From contig CAVPKH010000001.1 in the NCBI GenBank assembly GCA_963705635.1, forward strand, positions 594,395 through 658,394: a DNA stretch of 64,000 nucleotides. Direction: 5' to 3'. This stretch comes from an uncultured Solirubrobacterales bacterium. GTDB lineage: Bacteria > Actinomycetota > Thermoleophilia > Solirubrobacterales > 70-9. A model generated the notes under the pieces. The model searched no databases and had not been told where the DNA came from. It saw only the letters and a list, made by a program, of their open reading frames with translations. The translations under genes were made by a program, and so were the position numbers. The stretch's first letter is position 1. Every line of letters starts with the position of its first letter. This document shows positions 1 to 10,463 of the stretch, in pieces.

Positions 1-564
1 CGCCTCGATCACCTTCTCCAGGTAGATGTCGCGATCGGGGAACTCGTCGTAGCCGAGCCGCTCCTTGGGGCGCACCACGTAGCAGCCGTAGAAGGGGCCG
101 ACGCGGAGGCCGGAGAGCGGTCGCTTGACCTGCTCGGCGAGCTTGTCGAGACCGTAGTCCTCGACCAGCAGCCAGAGGAAGTTCTTGTTGGTGAAGCCGT
201 CCTTGCCCTTCTCGTAGGCGAGGCCCTGGCCGCTCAGCACCTCGTTGATGTGGGCGCGGTAGGAAGAATCTGCGTCCAGCCTTTGCTGGCACTCTGATTG
301 CGCGCCCTGGCAGGTCGAGCAGATGTTCATCATCGCCAGCCCGGTCTGCTGGGCGAGGGCGAAGGTGCGGGCGTTGAGCGTGTCGGCGAGCTCCTGGTTG
401 TGCTCGGCGATGACGCCGGCGCCGCAGCAGTTGGCGCGGTCGAGTTCGACCAGCTCGATGCCCAGCTTCTCGGCGACGAAGGCCATCGAGCCGTGCAGCT
501 CACTGGTGAAGCCGCGCGAGACGCAGCCGGGCCAGTAAGCGACCTTGATCTGACCGTCGCTCAT
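1..564 (-). CDS. CCG-domain (HdrB-like) subunit of a non-classical succinate dehydrogenase/fumarate reductase; C-terminus runs off the window
   Basis: Not in the ORF track because there is no stop in the window. My translation from ATG at 564: MSDGQIKVAYWPGCVSRGFTSELHG...ELDRANCCGAGVIAEHN...MMNICSTCQGAQ...GPFYGCYVVRP. The Cys spacing is CCG-domain-like. The start overlaps the sdhB stop (ATGA). Confidence 0.75.
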   Translation of the reverse strand, partial: MSDGQIKVAYWPGCVSRGFTSELHGSMAFVAEKLGIELVELDRANCCGAGVIAEHNQELADTLNARTFALAQQTGLAMMNICSTCQGAQSECQQRLDADSSYRAHINEVLSGQGLAYEKGKDGFTNKNFLWLLVEDYGLDKLAEQVKRPLSGLRVGPFYGCYVVRPKERLGYDEFPDRDIYLEKVIEA

Positions 565-1745
565 CACGACTCTCCTTTTGTCGTATCCGCGGCCGAGGCC
601 GCCTCCGCGGCAAAGGCCTCGTCCGTCATCTCATCGGGCTCGGGTTCGACGAAGTCCTCGTCCTCGCCCTTGATGTAGATGTTGAATTCCTCGCGGTGCT
701 CCTCGGCGTGCTTGTAGATCGCTTTGACCTCGTCCTGGGCGCCGCCGGGCAGCTTCGGGTGGATGCCGGGAACCAGCTTTGACAGCGTGCGGCCCTTGCC
801 GGTCTTGATCGCGCGCAGCACGGTCGGGATCGAGCCGAGCAGTTCCTTGATCGCCGCCTTGCTCGGTTTGAGCTTGCCTTTGACGCCGGGGGCGAAGGAC
901 TCCTGCAGCAGCAGCCCCTCGTCCAGGGTCCCCTTCTTCTCGATGATCTTGACGAAGGCCGCCTCGTGGTTATGGCCGTGGTTGGGATCGTCGATGCCCT
1001 CCTCGCCGGCTTTGCGGCGCAGGCGCATGATCTGGTCCATCGGCGCCACGCCCTTGGGGCAGGCGTCGATGCAGCTGAAGCAATGGGTGCAGTCGTAGAT
1101 CCCGTGCGGGTCGTGCGCGAGGTCGTGCAGGCGCTCCACGGTCTCGGCGTCGCGCGGGTCGCCGACGAAGCGGTAGGCCTTGGCCAGCGCCGCCGGGCCG
1201 ATGAAGTCGGGATCGGCTTCCATCGAGAGGCAGGAGGAGACGCAGGCGCCGCACTGGATGCAGGCCATCGACTGGGTGATGTCGATCATCGACTCGGGCT
1301 CGACCACGTACTCGCGCTCGGGAGCCTCGCCGTGTGGCAGCAGCCAGGGGGTGACGCGGCGGATCTTGGTCCAGTGGGTCGACTCCATGTCAGTGACGAG
1401 GTCCTTGATCACCGGCATGTTGCCCATCGGCTCGACCACGATCGGGGCGTCGCCGTTGCCGTTCCCGGCGATGCTCGCCTTCTTGTTCGCGAGCTCCTGG
1501 GCCTCGCCGATCTGGGTCTTGCAACCGAGGCCGGACTGGCCGTTGATCTTCATCCCGCAGGAGCCGCAGATCGCCGCCTTGCAGGAGCAGCGCACGGTCA
1601 GCGAGCCATCGTCGCGGTCTTTCGCCTGGAGGATGCCGTCGAGGACCGCGAGCGAGGGATCGAGCTCGACCTTGAACTCCTCCCAGTAGGCGCCCTCGCC
1701 CGACTCGGGCTGGAAACGGCGGACCTTCAGCGTGTACTCGGCCAT
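564..1745 (-). CDS. sdhB: Succinate dehydrogenase/fumarate reductase iron-sulfur subunit with a long charged C-terminal tail
   Basis: This is the C-terminal part of track ORF 564..3188(-), starting at [11 protein letters not shown]. Cys clusters: CSCKAAICGSCGMKING, CIQCGACVSSC, CTHCFSCIDACP. ATG at 1745 overlaps the sdhA stop (ATGA). About 140 extra residues follow the usual SdhB core. Confidence 0.9.
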   Translation of the reverse strand: MAEYTLKVRRFQPESGEGAYWEEFKVELDPSLAVLDGILQAKDRDDGSLTVRCSCKAAICGSCGMKINGQSGLGCKTQIGEAQELANKKASIAGNGNGDAPIVVEPMGNMPVIKDLVTDMESTHWTKIRRVTPWLLPHGEAPEREYVVEPESMIDITQSMACIQCGACVSSCLSMEADPDFIGPAALAKAYRFVGDPRDAETVERLHDLAHDPHGIYDCTHCFSCIDACPKGVAPMDQIMRLRRKAGEEGIDDPNHGHNHEAAFVKIIEKKGTLDEGLLLQESFAPGVKGKLKPSKAAIKELLGSIPTVLRAIKTGKGRTLSKLVPGIHPKLPGGAQDEVKAIYKHAEEHREEFNIYIKGEDEDFVEPEPDEMTDEAFAAEAASAADTTKGES

Positions 1746-3442
1746 CAGTAAGTCCTCTCTTGCGGTTCCCACTTGGTGATGGTCACCTCTGAGTATGAGA
1801 TCTCCGGCCCGTCGGCCCCCAGCTGGAGGTCGATGTGCTTGAGCCACTCCTCGTCGTTGCGCTCGGGGAAGTCGGTCCGGTACTGGGCGCCGCGGCTCTC
1901 CTTGCGCTCGAGCGCGGCGAGGCAGGTGCACTCGGCGTTGTCGAGCATGTAGCCGAGCTCGATCGCGCCGAGGATGTCCTGGTTGAAGACGCTGCTGCGA
2001 TCGTCGATGTAGGCGGTCTCGGCCTCCTCCTTGAGCCGCCGCACGGTCTCCAGCGCTTCCTGGATCCCGGCCTCGTCGCGGAAGACGGCGACCTTGGCGT
2101 CCATCGCCGTGCCGAGATCGAGCTTGATCTCGGAGATGCGGCGGCCGGAGCCCTTCTCGCGGGCGGAGATCGCGGCGATCGTCGCCTCCTCGGCCTCCAG
2201 CACCGCTTTCGACGGGCGCGAGCCCTCGATCCGCTTGGCGCGGGCGGCGGCGTCGGCGCCGGAGCGGCGGCCGAAGATCAGCGTGTCGAGCAGCGAGTTG
2301 GCGCCGAGGCGGTTGCCGCCGTGGACCGAGACGCAGGCGGTCTCGCCGGCCGAGTAGAGACCGGGGATGTCGGTGCGGCCGTCGACGTCGGTCTTGACCC
2401 CGCCCATCGTGTAGTGGTTGCCGGGCTTGATGTGGATCGGTTCGCGGGTGATGTCGACGCCGGCGAAGTCCTGGCCGACGAGGACGATCTCGCGCAGCGC
2501 CTCGTGCACGCGCTTCTTCGGCACCACGGTGATGTCGAGGGCGACGGTGCCGTCGGGGAAGCCGCGGCCCTCGTTGATCTCGGTCTGCTCGGCGCGGGAG
2601 ACGACGTCGCGCGAGGCCAGCTCCATCTTGTTCGGCGCGTACTTCTCCATGAAGCGTTCGCCGTTCTTGTTGAGCAGGTGAGCGCCCTCGCCGCGGGCGC
2701 CCTCGGTGATCAGGAAGCCCTTGCCCGCCAGCGTCGTCGGGTGGTACTGGATCATCTCCATGTCCATCAGCTTCGCCCCGACCCGGTAGGCCATCGCGAT
2801 GCCGTCGCCGGTGCAGATCAAGGCGTTGGTGGTCGGCTTCCAGACCTGGCCGTTGCCGCCGCAGGCGAGGATCACCGACTTGGCGCGGAAGAGCTGCATC
2901 GAGCCGTCGGCGATGTTGCGGGTGACGACGCCGCAGCACTCGCCCTGCTCGTCCATCGCCAGCGCCGTGCAGAACCACTCCTCGTAGCGGGCGACCGAGT
3001 CGGAGTGCTTCATCAGCTGCTCGTAGAGGACGTGCATGATCGCCTGGCCGGTGATGTCGGCGACGTAGTAGGTGCGGGCGGCGGAGGCGCCGCCAAAGGC
3101 GCGGGTGCCGAGCTTGCCCTCCGCGTTGCGGTGGAAGGTGACGCCGAGGTGCTCGAGGTGGAGGATCTCCTCCGGCGCCTCGCGGCACATGATCTCGACC
3201 GCGTCCTGGTCGCTCAGGTAGTCGGAGCCCTTGATCGTGTCGAAGGCGTGCGACTCCCAGGAGTCACCGGGGTTGAGCGCGGCGTTGATCCCGCCCTGCG
3301 CCGCGTTGGAGTGCGAGCGCACGGGGTGGACCTTGCTGACGATCCCAACCGATACGCCCTCCTCCGCTGCCGCCAACGCTGCCCGCTGGCCGGCGAGGCC
3401 GGCGCCGATCACCAGTACGTCATGCGTGGGCACGCTATTCAC
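1745..3442 (-). CDS. sdhA: Succinate dehydrogenase/fumarate reductase flavoprotein subunit
   Basis: Track ORF 1745..3502(-). It has an [12 protein letters not shown] dinucleotide fold and [11 protein letters not shown] (covalent-FAD His context). I set the start at GTG 3442; 3433 or 3502 are also possible. Confidence 0.92.
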   Translation of the reverse strand: MNSVPTHDVLVIGAGLAGQRAALAAAEEGVSVGIVSKVHPVRSHSNAAQGGINAALNPGDSWESHAFDTIKGSDYLSDQDAVEIMCREAPEEILHLEHLGVTFHRNAEGKLGTRAFGGASAARTYYVADITGQAIMHVLYEQLMKHSDSVARYEEWFCTALAMDEQGECCGVVTRNIADGSMQLFRAKSVILACGGNGQVWKPTTNALICTGDGIAMAYRVGAKLMDMEMIQYHPTTLAGKGFLITEGARGEGAHLLNKNGERFMEKYAPNKMELASRDVVSRAEQTEINEGRGFPDGTVALDITVVPKKRVHEALREIVLVGQDFAGVDITREPIHIKPGNHYTMGGVKTDVDGRTDIPGLYSAGETACVSVHGGNRLGANSLLDTLIFGRRSGADAAARAKRIEGSRPSKAVLEAEEATIAAISAREKGSGRRISEIKLDLGTAMDAKVAVFRDEAGIQEALETVRRLKEEAETAYIDDRSSVFNQDILGAIELGYMLDNAECTCLAALERKESRGAQYRTDFPERNDEEWLKHIDLQLGADGPEISYSEVTITKWEPQERTY

Positions 3443-3527
3443 CCGCCGCCGGGCGAAGGTTTGCAGCCGCCAGAGTGCGGGCGGGGTGAGTGGCGTGTCC
3501 ACTGGGCACGAGCGCGGACTCTATAGA

Positions 3528-3559
3528 GCCGAAATCCGAGCGCGAAGTCGGATTTCGGC
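3528..3559. promoter_or_regulatory. Perfect 12-bp inverted repeat in the divergent sdhA / M50-protease intergenic region (candidate operator or hairpin)
   Basis: gccgaaatccga-N8-tcggatttcggc, read directly from the sequence. It is relatively AT-rich for this genome. Confidence 0.3.
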
Positions 3560-3648
3560 GGCCCAACCGATTGCCCCAACCCGCCGTCCACCCGGGCGGG
3601 GACAACGCCTTGCGGTGGCGGGTGATCGCGGCCGCTTACCATTGGTCG

Positions 3649-4830
3649 ATGCTCGGCGGCCGCTCGATCACCCTCTTTCACGTTCGTGGGATCCGCATCG
3701 CGGTCGACTGGTCCTGGTTCCTCGTCCTCTTCCTGGTCATCCTGCTCCTCTCGCCGTTCTACGGACGGGTGCTCGGAGAGTCCAGCTCGGCTACCGGCCC
3801 CTTCGCGCTCGCCGTGGCGAGCGCCCTGCTCTTCTTCGGCTCGGTCGTCCTGCACGAGCTCGGCCACGCCGTCGCCGCCCGGCGCAATGGGATCGGCATC
3901 ACCAGCATCCAGCTCTGGATCTTCGGCGGCATGGCGCGGATGGACCGCGAAGCCGACAGCCCCTCGGCCGAGTTCAAAGTGGCGGTCGCCGGCCCGCTGG
4001 TGACGCTCGCGGTCGTCATCGTCCTCAGCGCGATCGGCCTCGCCGCGGTCGGCGCCGACGGCTACCGCAGGGCGGCGCTGGTGGAGAGCAACTCCGGCGT
4101 CTCCGGCGTGATGGCGATGATCGCCTGGCTGGCGACGATGAACCTGCTGATCCTCGTCTTCAACCTGCTGCCGGCCTTCCCGATGGACGGCGGCAGGATC
4201 GTGCGGGCCATCGCCTGGTGGCGAACCGGCGATCGCAACTCGGCGACCCGCTTCGCCGCCAGCCTGGGACGGATCTTCGGCTACATCTTCATCGGCGGCG
4301 GCCTGCTGCTGATCGTCAGCGGCCGGGCCTTCGAAGGGATCTGGCTGGCGCTGATCGGCATGGTGATCAACAGCTCCGCCCGCGCTGCCTCGGCCCAGAC
4401 CGCCGTCACCGGCAAACTCAGCGACCTCTGCGTCGCCGACGTGATGGACCGCGAACCGGTTGCGATCCCCGACGAGATCAGCGTCGAGCAGGCCCTCGAC
4501 GAGTACTTCCTGCGCTACCGCTGGCCCTGGTTCCCGGTGGTCGACGCCGCCTACCGCTTCCTCGGCCTGGTGGTCCGCGACAAAGCCGACGAGGTGCCGG
4601 AGACCTCGCGCGCCAGCTCGCACGTCTCCGACCTGCTGGAGCGCGACGACGGCACCTTCCAGGTCCGCGACGACGCCCCGCTCGATTCGCTGCTCGCCAG
4701 CCGCGCCCTGCGGCGCTTCGGCGCGCTGATGGCGGTCGACGCGGACGGCCGCCTCAGCGGAGTGATCACCGCCGAGCAGGTCGGCCGGGCGCTGCGCGAC
4801 GCCGCTAAGCCGGTCGGTGGCGCTCGATAA
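3649..4830 (+). CDS. Site-2 protease family (M50) membrane metalloprotease with C-terminal CBS-like region
   Basis: Track ORF 3490..4830(+). It has an HELGHA zinc motif, several hydrophobic helices and a DVMDREPVAIP... CBS-like tail. Start set at ATG 3649 (MLGGRSITLFHV). Confidence 0.85.
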   Translation: MLGGRSITLFHVRGIRIAVDWSWFLVLFLVILLLSPFYGRVLGESSSATGPFALAVASALLFFGSVVLHELGHAVAARRNGIGITSIQLWIFGGMARMDREADSPSAEFKVAVAGPLVTLAVVIVLSAIGLAAVGADGYRRAALVESNSGVSGVMAMIAWLATMNLLILVFNLLPAFPMDGGRIVRAIAWWRTGDRNSATRFAASLGRIFGYIFIGGGLLLIVSGRAFEGIWLALIGMVINSSARAASAQTAVTGKLSDLCVADVMDREPVAIPDEISVEQALDEYFLRYRWPWFPVVDAAYRFLGLVVRDKADEVPETSRASSHVSDLLERDDGTFQVRDDAPLDSLLASRALRRFGALMAVDADGRLSGVITAEQVGRALRDAAKPVGGAR

Positions 4831-6478
4831 TCCGGCCGAAGTCGGTGCCGGCCGGCAGGGTGCCGAAGGCGTGGCCCCAGTCTCCCGATAGGCGCGAGGC
4901 GCAGAAGGCGTCGGCGACGGCTGGGTCGCCGTAGCGGACCAGCAGCGAGGCCTGCAGGGCGAGGGCCATGCGCTCGACGATCTGGCGGGCGCGGGCCTGG
5001 ATCGTCTCGATCTCGCCGGGGATCTCCTCGCGCAGGGAGCTGACGTAGGCGTCGAGGCGGGGCTCGGCGCCGGCCCCCTCGAGGACTTCGGCGAAGAAGG
5101 CCTCCAGCGAGGCGGGGTTCTTGACCATCGCCCGCAGCACGTCGAGGCACTGGACGTTGCCCGAGCCCTCCCAGATCGAAGCCAGCGGGGCCTCGCGGTA
5201 GAGGCGGGGCATCCCCGACTCCTCGACGTAGCCGTTGCCGCCGAGGCACTCGAGGCACTCGACCGCGTGCGACGGAGCGCGCTTGCAGAGCCAGTACTTG
5301 AGCACGGGGTTGGCGAGGCGGCGGAACTCGGTCGCCTCGTCGTCGCCGTTGGCGACCTCGTCGTAGGAGCGGGCGAGGCGCATCGCCGCCACCGTGGCGG
5401 CCTCGGACTCGACGCAGAGGTCGGCGAGGACGTTCTGCATCAGCGGCTGGTCGATCAGGTCGACGCCGAAGGCGGAGCGATGGGCGGTGTGGTTGAGCGC
5501 CTGCACGACGCCGGCGCGGTAGCCGGTGGCGGCGCCGATCACGCAGTCGAGCCGGGTGTGGTTGACCATCTCGATGATCGTCGGGACGCCGCGGCCCTCC
5601 TCGCCGACCATCCTCGCCCAGGCGCCGCGGAACTCGACCTCGCTGGAGGCGTTGGAGCGGTTGCCGAGCTTGTCCTTGAGCCGTTGGATGTGAAAGGCGT
5701 TGCGCTCGCCGTCGGGGGTCCAGCGCGGCATCAGGAAGCAGGAGATCCCCGACTCGGTCTGGGCGAGGACGAGGAATGCGTCGCACATCGGCGCCGAGCA
5801 GAACCACTTGTGGCCGACGATCTCGTACTCCGCTCCGGGCCCGCCGCCGTTCAGCGGCGTCGCCGTGGTCGTGTTGGCGCGCACGTCGGAGCCGCCCTGC
5901 TTCTCGGTCATCGCCATCCCGCAGAGGGCGCCGCTCTTGCGCTCGGCCGGCAGCGAGCGCTCGTCGTAGTCGAGCGAGAGGAAGCGCTCCTCCCACTCGG
6001 CGGCCAGCTCGGGCTGTCGACGCAGCGCCGGGATCGCCGAGTAGGTCATCGAGATCGGGCAGCCGACGCCGCTCTCGGCCTGCATCAAGAGCATGAAGGT
6101 CGCGGCGCGGGCGACGTGAGCGCCGGGCCCCGGTTCGCGCCAGGGCATCGCGTGCAGACCGTTGCCGACGCCGATCCGCATCAGCTCGTGCCAGGAGCTG
6201 TCGAACTCGACCTCGTCGATGCGGTTGCCGAAGCGGTCGTGGGTGCGCAGCTCGGGCTTGCGCTCGTTGGCCTCGTAGCCCCAGCGGATCGTCTGCCGCG
6301 AGCCGCAGATCGCGCCCAGCTCGCGCGCCCGCTCCTCGGCCCACTCGGCGCCCTCGCGGCGCAGTGCCTCGGTCAGCGGGCGGTCGGCGTCGAACGGGTT
6401 GTAGTCCTCCAGCGGCGGTGCCTGGTTGAAGACCTGGTGGGTCTGCTGTTGGGGTTTCGGGCGCTGGGCAGTTGCCAC
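4805..6478 (-). CDS. AidB-like acyl-CoA dehydrogenase family protein
   Basis: Track ORF of 557 aa. The N-terminal AidB-type extension (FNQAPPLEDYNPFDAD) is followed by ACAD-like motifs (GMAMTEKQGGSDV, KWFCSAP). Confidence 0.8.
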   Translation of the reverse strand: MATAQRPKPQQQTHQVFNQAPPLEDYNPFDADRPLTEALRREGAEWAEERARELGAICGSRQTIRWGYEANERKPELRTHDRFGNRIDEVEFDSSWHELMRIGVGNGLHAMPWREPGPGAHVARAATFMLLMQAESGVGCPISMTYSAIPALRRQPELAAEWEERFLSLDYDERSLPAERKSGALCGMAMTEKQGGSDVRANTTTATPLNGGGPGAEYEIVGHKWFCSAPMCDAFLVLAQTESGISCFLMPRWTPDGERNAFHIQRLKDKLGNRSNASSEVEFRGAWARMVGEEGRGVPTIIEMVNHTRLDCVIGAATGYRAGVVQALNHTAHRSAFGVDLIDQPLMQNVLADLCVESEAATVAAMRLARSYDEVANGDDEATEFRRLANPVLKYWLCKRAPSHAVECLECLGGNGYVEESGMPRLYREAPLASIWEGSGNVQCLDVLRAMVKNPASLEAFFAEVLEGAGAEPRLDAYVSSLREEIPGEIETIQARARQIVERMALALQASLLVRYGDPAVADAFCASRLSGDWGHAFGTLPAGTDFGRIIERHRPA

Positions 6479-6509
6479 GCCGCCATTCTCGCAGGCGATC
6501 CGCGCATTG

Positions 6510-6812
6510 TCAGGCAGAGGCGCCCTCGGGCTGGGGATCGGGCCGGATCACGACCGTGTCGGCGACCTCGAGAACTTCATCGGCGGGCATGTCGACGCGC
6601 TCCGCGTGGCGCCGGACCGAATCGACGTCCGTGGCTTGGTAGATGCAGACGGTTCCCAGGGTTCCGCCGGGCTCGCTGATCACGTAGCTGCGGATCCAGG
6701 AGATGTCGTCCGGAAAGTCGTCTTCGGCGACCTGTTTCGAGCGCGCCGCCGTTGCCTCCAGCTCGGCGGGCGATTGCCACGCCTTTTCCCTGCGGATCAC
6801 GTACGTCTTCAT
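6510..6812 (-). CDS. Small DUF4242-like protein
   Basis: Track ORF of 100 aa (MKTYVIRREKAWQSPAELEATAARS...WIRSYV...CIYQA). The family assignment is from memory of the pattern only. Confidence 0.5.
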   Translation of the reverse strand: MKTYVIRREKAWQSPAELEATAARSKQVAEDDFPDDISWIRSYVISEPGGTLGTVCIYQATDVDSVRRHAERVDMPADEVLEVADTVVIRPDPQPEGASA

Positions 6813-6851
6813 GTCTCCTCCTTGCTCGCCGGCGGCAAACCCGGGCCGCCA

Positions 6852-6874
6852 ATTACAGACTGAAAGTCGGTAAT
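6852..6874. promoter_or_regulatory. Candidate TetR operator palindrome
   Basis: attacagact-gaa-agtcggtaat (9 of 10 arm positions complementary) lies 14 nt upstream of the TetR GTG start, in the divergent intergenic region. Confidence 0.35.
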
Positions 6875-6887
6875 ATAGTGGACACCG

Positions 6888-7490
6888 GTGGTGGTGACAA
6901 GGACGAGAGCGCGGGGGAGGCCGAGCGAGGGCGCGCGCGAGTCATTGATCGAGTCGGCGCGCGACCTCTTCATGGAGCGCGACTACGCCGATGTCTCGAC
7001 CGAGCAGATCCTTGCGCGCAGCGGTGTAAGCCGCGGCGCGCTCTATCACCACTTCGCTTCCAAGCGAGACCTCTTCAAGGCCGTCTTCGAAGCCGGCGAG
7101 CGACGCGTGATCGAGCTCGTCGCGCTGCGCGCGTCCCTCGCCGGGACTCCTTTCGAGGCGCTGGTCGAGAGCGCCAGGGTCTACCTGCGCCTCAGCGAGA
7201 CCGACGAGGAGCTGCGCCGGATCGGCCTCGCCCAGAGCCGCGAGGTGCTCGGCTGGGAGGGATGGAGGGCGGCCGCTACGGAGCTGGGGATAGGGGTGAC
7301 CCTGGCCGCCGTCACGGCCGCGATCGAGGCGGGCGAGCTGGCGCCACACGATCCCGAGACGACCGCGATGGTTCTTTTGGGGGCTTTGATCGAGGCGGCG
7401 ATGCTGATCGCGGTCGCCGCCGACCGGCGGGCCGCGCGGGAGCGCTCCGAAGCCGTCGTCGTCGATCTGCTGGAAGGCCTGCGTCGATAG
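6888..7490 (+). CDS. TetR family transcriptional regulator
   Basis: Track ORF of 200 aa with an N-terminal HTH ([31 protein letters not shown]). Confidence 0.88.
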   Translation: MVVTRTRARGRPSEGARESLIESARDLFMERDYADVSTEQILARSGVSRGALYHHFASKRDLFKAVFEAGERRVIELVALRASLAGTPFEALVESARVYLRLSETDEELRRIGLAQSREVLGWEGWRAAATELGIGVTLAAVTAAIEAGELAPHDPETTAMVLLGALIEAAMLIAVAADRRAARERSEAVVVDLLEGLRR

Positions 7491-7503
7491 CATCGCCGAC
7501 CCA

Positions 7504-8721
7504 ATGGCCGGCAGGATCAAAGTCAAGAACCCGATCGTCGAGCTCGACGGCGACGAGATGACGCGGATCATCTGGGCTTTCATCAAAGACCAGCTGATCC
7601 TGCCCTACCTCGATCTCGAGCTGGACTACTTCGATCTCGGCATCGAGAGCCGCGACGCCAGCCGCGATCAGATCACCGTTGACGCGGCAAACGCGATCAA
7701 ACGGCACGGGGTAGGGGTGAAGTGCGCGACGATCACTCCCGACGAGGCGCGGGTGGAGGAGTTCGGGCTGGCGGAGATGTACCGCTCGCCGAACGGGACG
7801 ATCCGCAACATCCTCGGCGGGGTGATCTTCCGCGAGCCGATCGTGATCGCCAACATCCCCCGCCTCGTCCCCGGCTGGACCAAGCCGATCGTGATCGGCC
7901 GCCACGCCTTCGGCGATCAGTACCGCGCCACCGACCTGGTCGTCCCCGGCGAGGGCACGCTGACCCTCACCTACACGCCGAAGGACGGCGCCGACCCGGT
8001 CGAGCTCGACGTCTATGACTTTCCCGGCCCGGGTATTGCGATGGCGATGTACAACCTCGACGATTCGATTCGCGATTTCGCCCGGGCGTCGATGCGGTAC
8101 GGGCTGAACCGCGGCTACCCGGTCTACCTCTCGACCAAGAACACGATCCTGAAGCGCTACGACGGCCGCTTCAAGGACCTCTTCGCCGAGGTCTACGAGA
8201 ACGAGTTCAAGGCCGATTTCGAGGCGGCGGAAATCAGCTATGAGCACCGCCTGATCGACGACATGGTCGCCGCGGCGATGAAGTGGGAGGGCGGCTACGT
8301 CTGGGCCTGCAAGAACTACGACGGTGACGTGCAGTCCGACACCGTCGCCCAGGGCTTCGGCTCGCTGGGGCTGATGACCAGCGTCCTGATGAGCCCCGAC
8401 GGCAAGACGGTCGAGGCCGAGGCCGCCCACGGCACGGTCACGCGTCACTACCGCCAGCACCAGCAGGGCAAGCCGACCTCAACCAACCCGATCGCCTCGA
8501 TCTTCGCCTGGACCCGCGGCCTCGCGGCCCGTGGCCGACTTGACGACACGCCCGAGGTCTCGCGCTTCGCCGAGGCGCTGGAGCGGGTCTGCGTGGAGAC
8601 GGTGGAAGGCGGCCGGATGACCAAAGACCTGGCACTGCTCGTTGGCCCCGACCAGGAGTTTCAGACCACGCAGGAGTTCCTCGCCTCAATCGACGAGAAC
8701 CTGCAGCAGGCGATGACCTAA
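7504..8721 (+). CDS. icd: NADP-dependent isocitrate dehydrogenase (homodimeric, eukaryote-like type)
   Basis: Track ORF of 405 aa: [40 protein letters not shown]. Confidence 0.93.
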   Translation: MAGRIKVKNPIVELDGDEMTRIIWAFIKDQLILPYLDLELDYFDLGIESRDASRDQITVDAANAIKRHGVGVKCATITPDEARVEEFGLAEMYRSPNGTIRNILGGVIFREPIVIANIPRLVPGWTKPIVIGRHAFGDQYRATDLVVPGEGTLTLTYTPKDGADPVELDVYDFPGPGIAMAMYNLDDSIRDFARASMRYGLNRGYPVYLSTKNTILKRYDGRFKDLFAEVYENEFKADFEAAEISYEHRLIDDMVAAAMKWEGGYVWACKNYDGDVQSDTVAQGFGSLGLMTSVLMSPDGKTVEAEAAHGTVTRHYRQHQQGKPTSTNPIASIFAWTRGLAARGRLDDTPEVSRFAEALERVCVETVEGGRMTKDLALLVGPDQEFQTTQEFLASIDENLQQAMT

Positions 8722-8778
8722 TGCCGCCGCTGGGCTTGAAAAGTGGATATATAGGCCGCTTTGAGGCCCGTCGGCTGA

Positions 8779-9798
<1,020 letters not shown>

Positions 9799-9810
9799 GC
9801 CTCGAACTGA

Positions 9811-9850
9811 AAAAGCCGGCCCCTCTCGGGGCCGGCTTTGTTCAAAAAAG
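9811..9850. terminator. Bidirectional intrinsic terminator between convergent mdh and the AT-hook/wHTH gene
   Basis: 10-bp GC stem agccggcccc/ggggccggct with loop tctc. It is flanked by aaaaa on one side and ttgttcaaaaaa on the other, so it is followed by a U-run on both strands. Confidence 0.75.
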
Positions 9851-9864
9851 CGCTGTGGCCAGTT

Positions 9865-10305
9865 CTATTTGGCCGGGTGGTACTCGCGCCCCTTCTTGAC
9901 GACCCTGCCCTCTTTCTCCATTTCGCCGAGAACCCGGTAGAGGTAATTGGGTTTGATTTTCATCGATTTGGCGATTTCCGACGCGGAGATGCCGGGGTTC
10001 TGCTCGACCAGGGACACCGCCTGATCGGCGCGGGTGCCGCCGCGGCGACGGCGACGGCGGGGGGCGGTGGCTGTCCCACCCGCAGCCGGCGCGGGTGTGG
10101 TTGCAGCAGGCGCAGTTTTACGGGGACGGCCGGGGCCGCGTTTGCCACTGCCGGGGGGTCGACCGGGACGGCCGGGGCGGCGGGTTGCGGTGCCGCCAAG
10201 CTCGGTCAGCGCGCGCTCGAGGCGCGTGCGCTCCTCGTCGAGCTCGGCAAGTCTCTTCTTGACAAGGTCGAGTGCCTCATCGAGTACGTTGCTGGTGCTG
10301 GGCAT
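9865..10305 (-). CDS. Small DNA-binding protein: coiled-coil N-terminus, AT-hook-like GRP repeats, C-terminal winged-helix
   Basis: Track ORF of 146 aa: RRPGRPGRPPGSGKRGPGRPRKT, then an RRRRRR tract, then VSLVEQNPGISASEIAKSMKIKPNYLYRVLGEMEKEGRV. Confidence 0.7.
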   Translation of the reverse strand: MPSTSNVLDEALDLVKKRLAELDEERTRLERALTELGGTATRRPGRPGRPPGSGKRGPGRPRKTAPAATTPAPAAGGTATAPRRRRRRGGTRADQAVSLVEQNPGISASEIAKSMKIKPNYLYRVLGEMEKEGRVVKKGREYHPAK

Positions 10306-10463
10306 TGCATTCCTTTCATCCGGCAGTTTTGTGCCTCCCGGGATCGTCAGCTGGTTGCTCGGGAGTGTGGCACAGTGACAGTGTCAGTGACTATTCCCCA
10401 TATAGTCAAATTCCACGCTGTCACTCTGGCCATTTGGATGAGGCAGTGATGAGCTCAAGCCCG

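Noticed and set aside
564-3188. The track ORF of 874 aa suggests a giant fusion protein.
   Set aside because: Only the last 393 codons (from MAEYTLKV at 1745) are protein-like (SdhB). The upstream part is an off-frame read through sdhA on the same strand.
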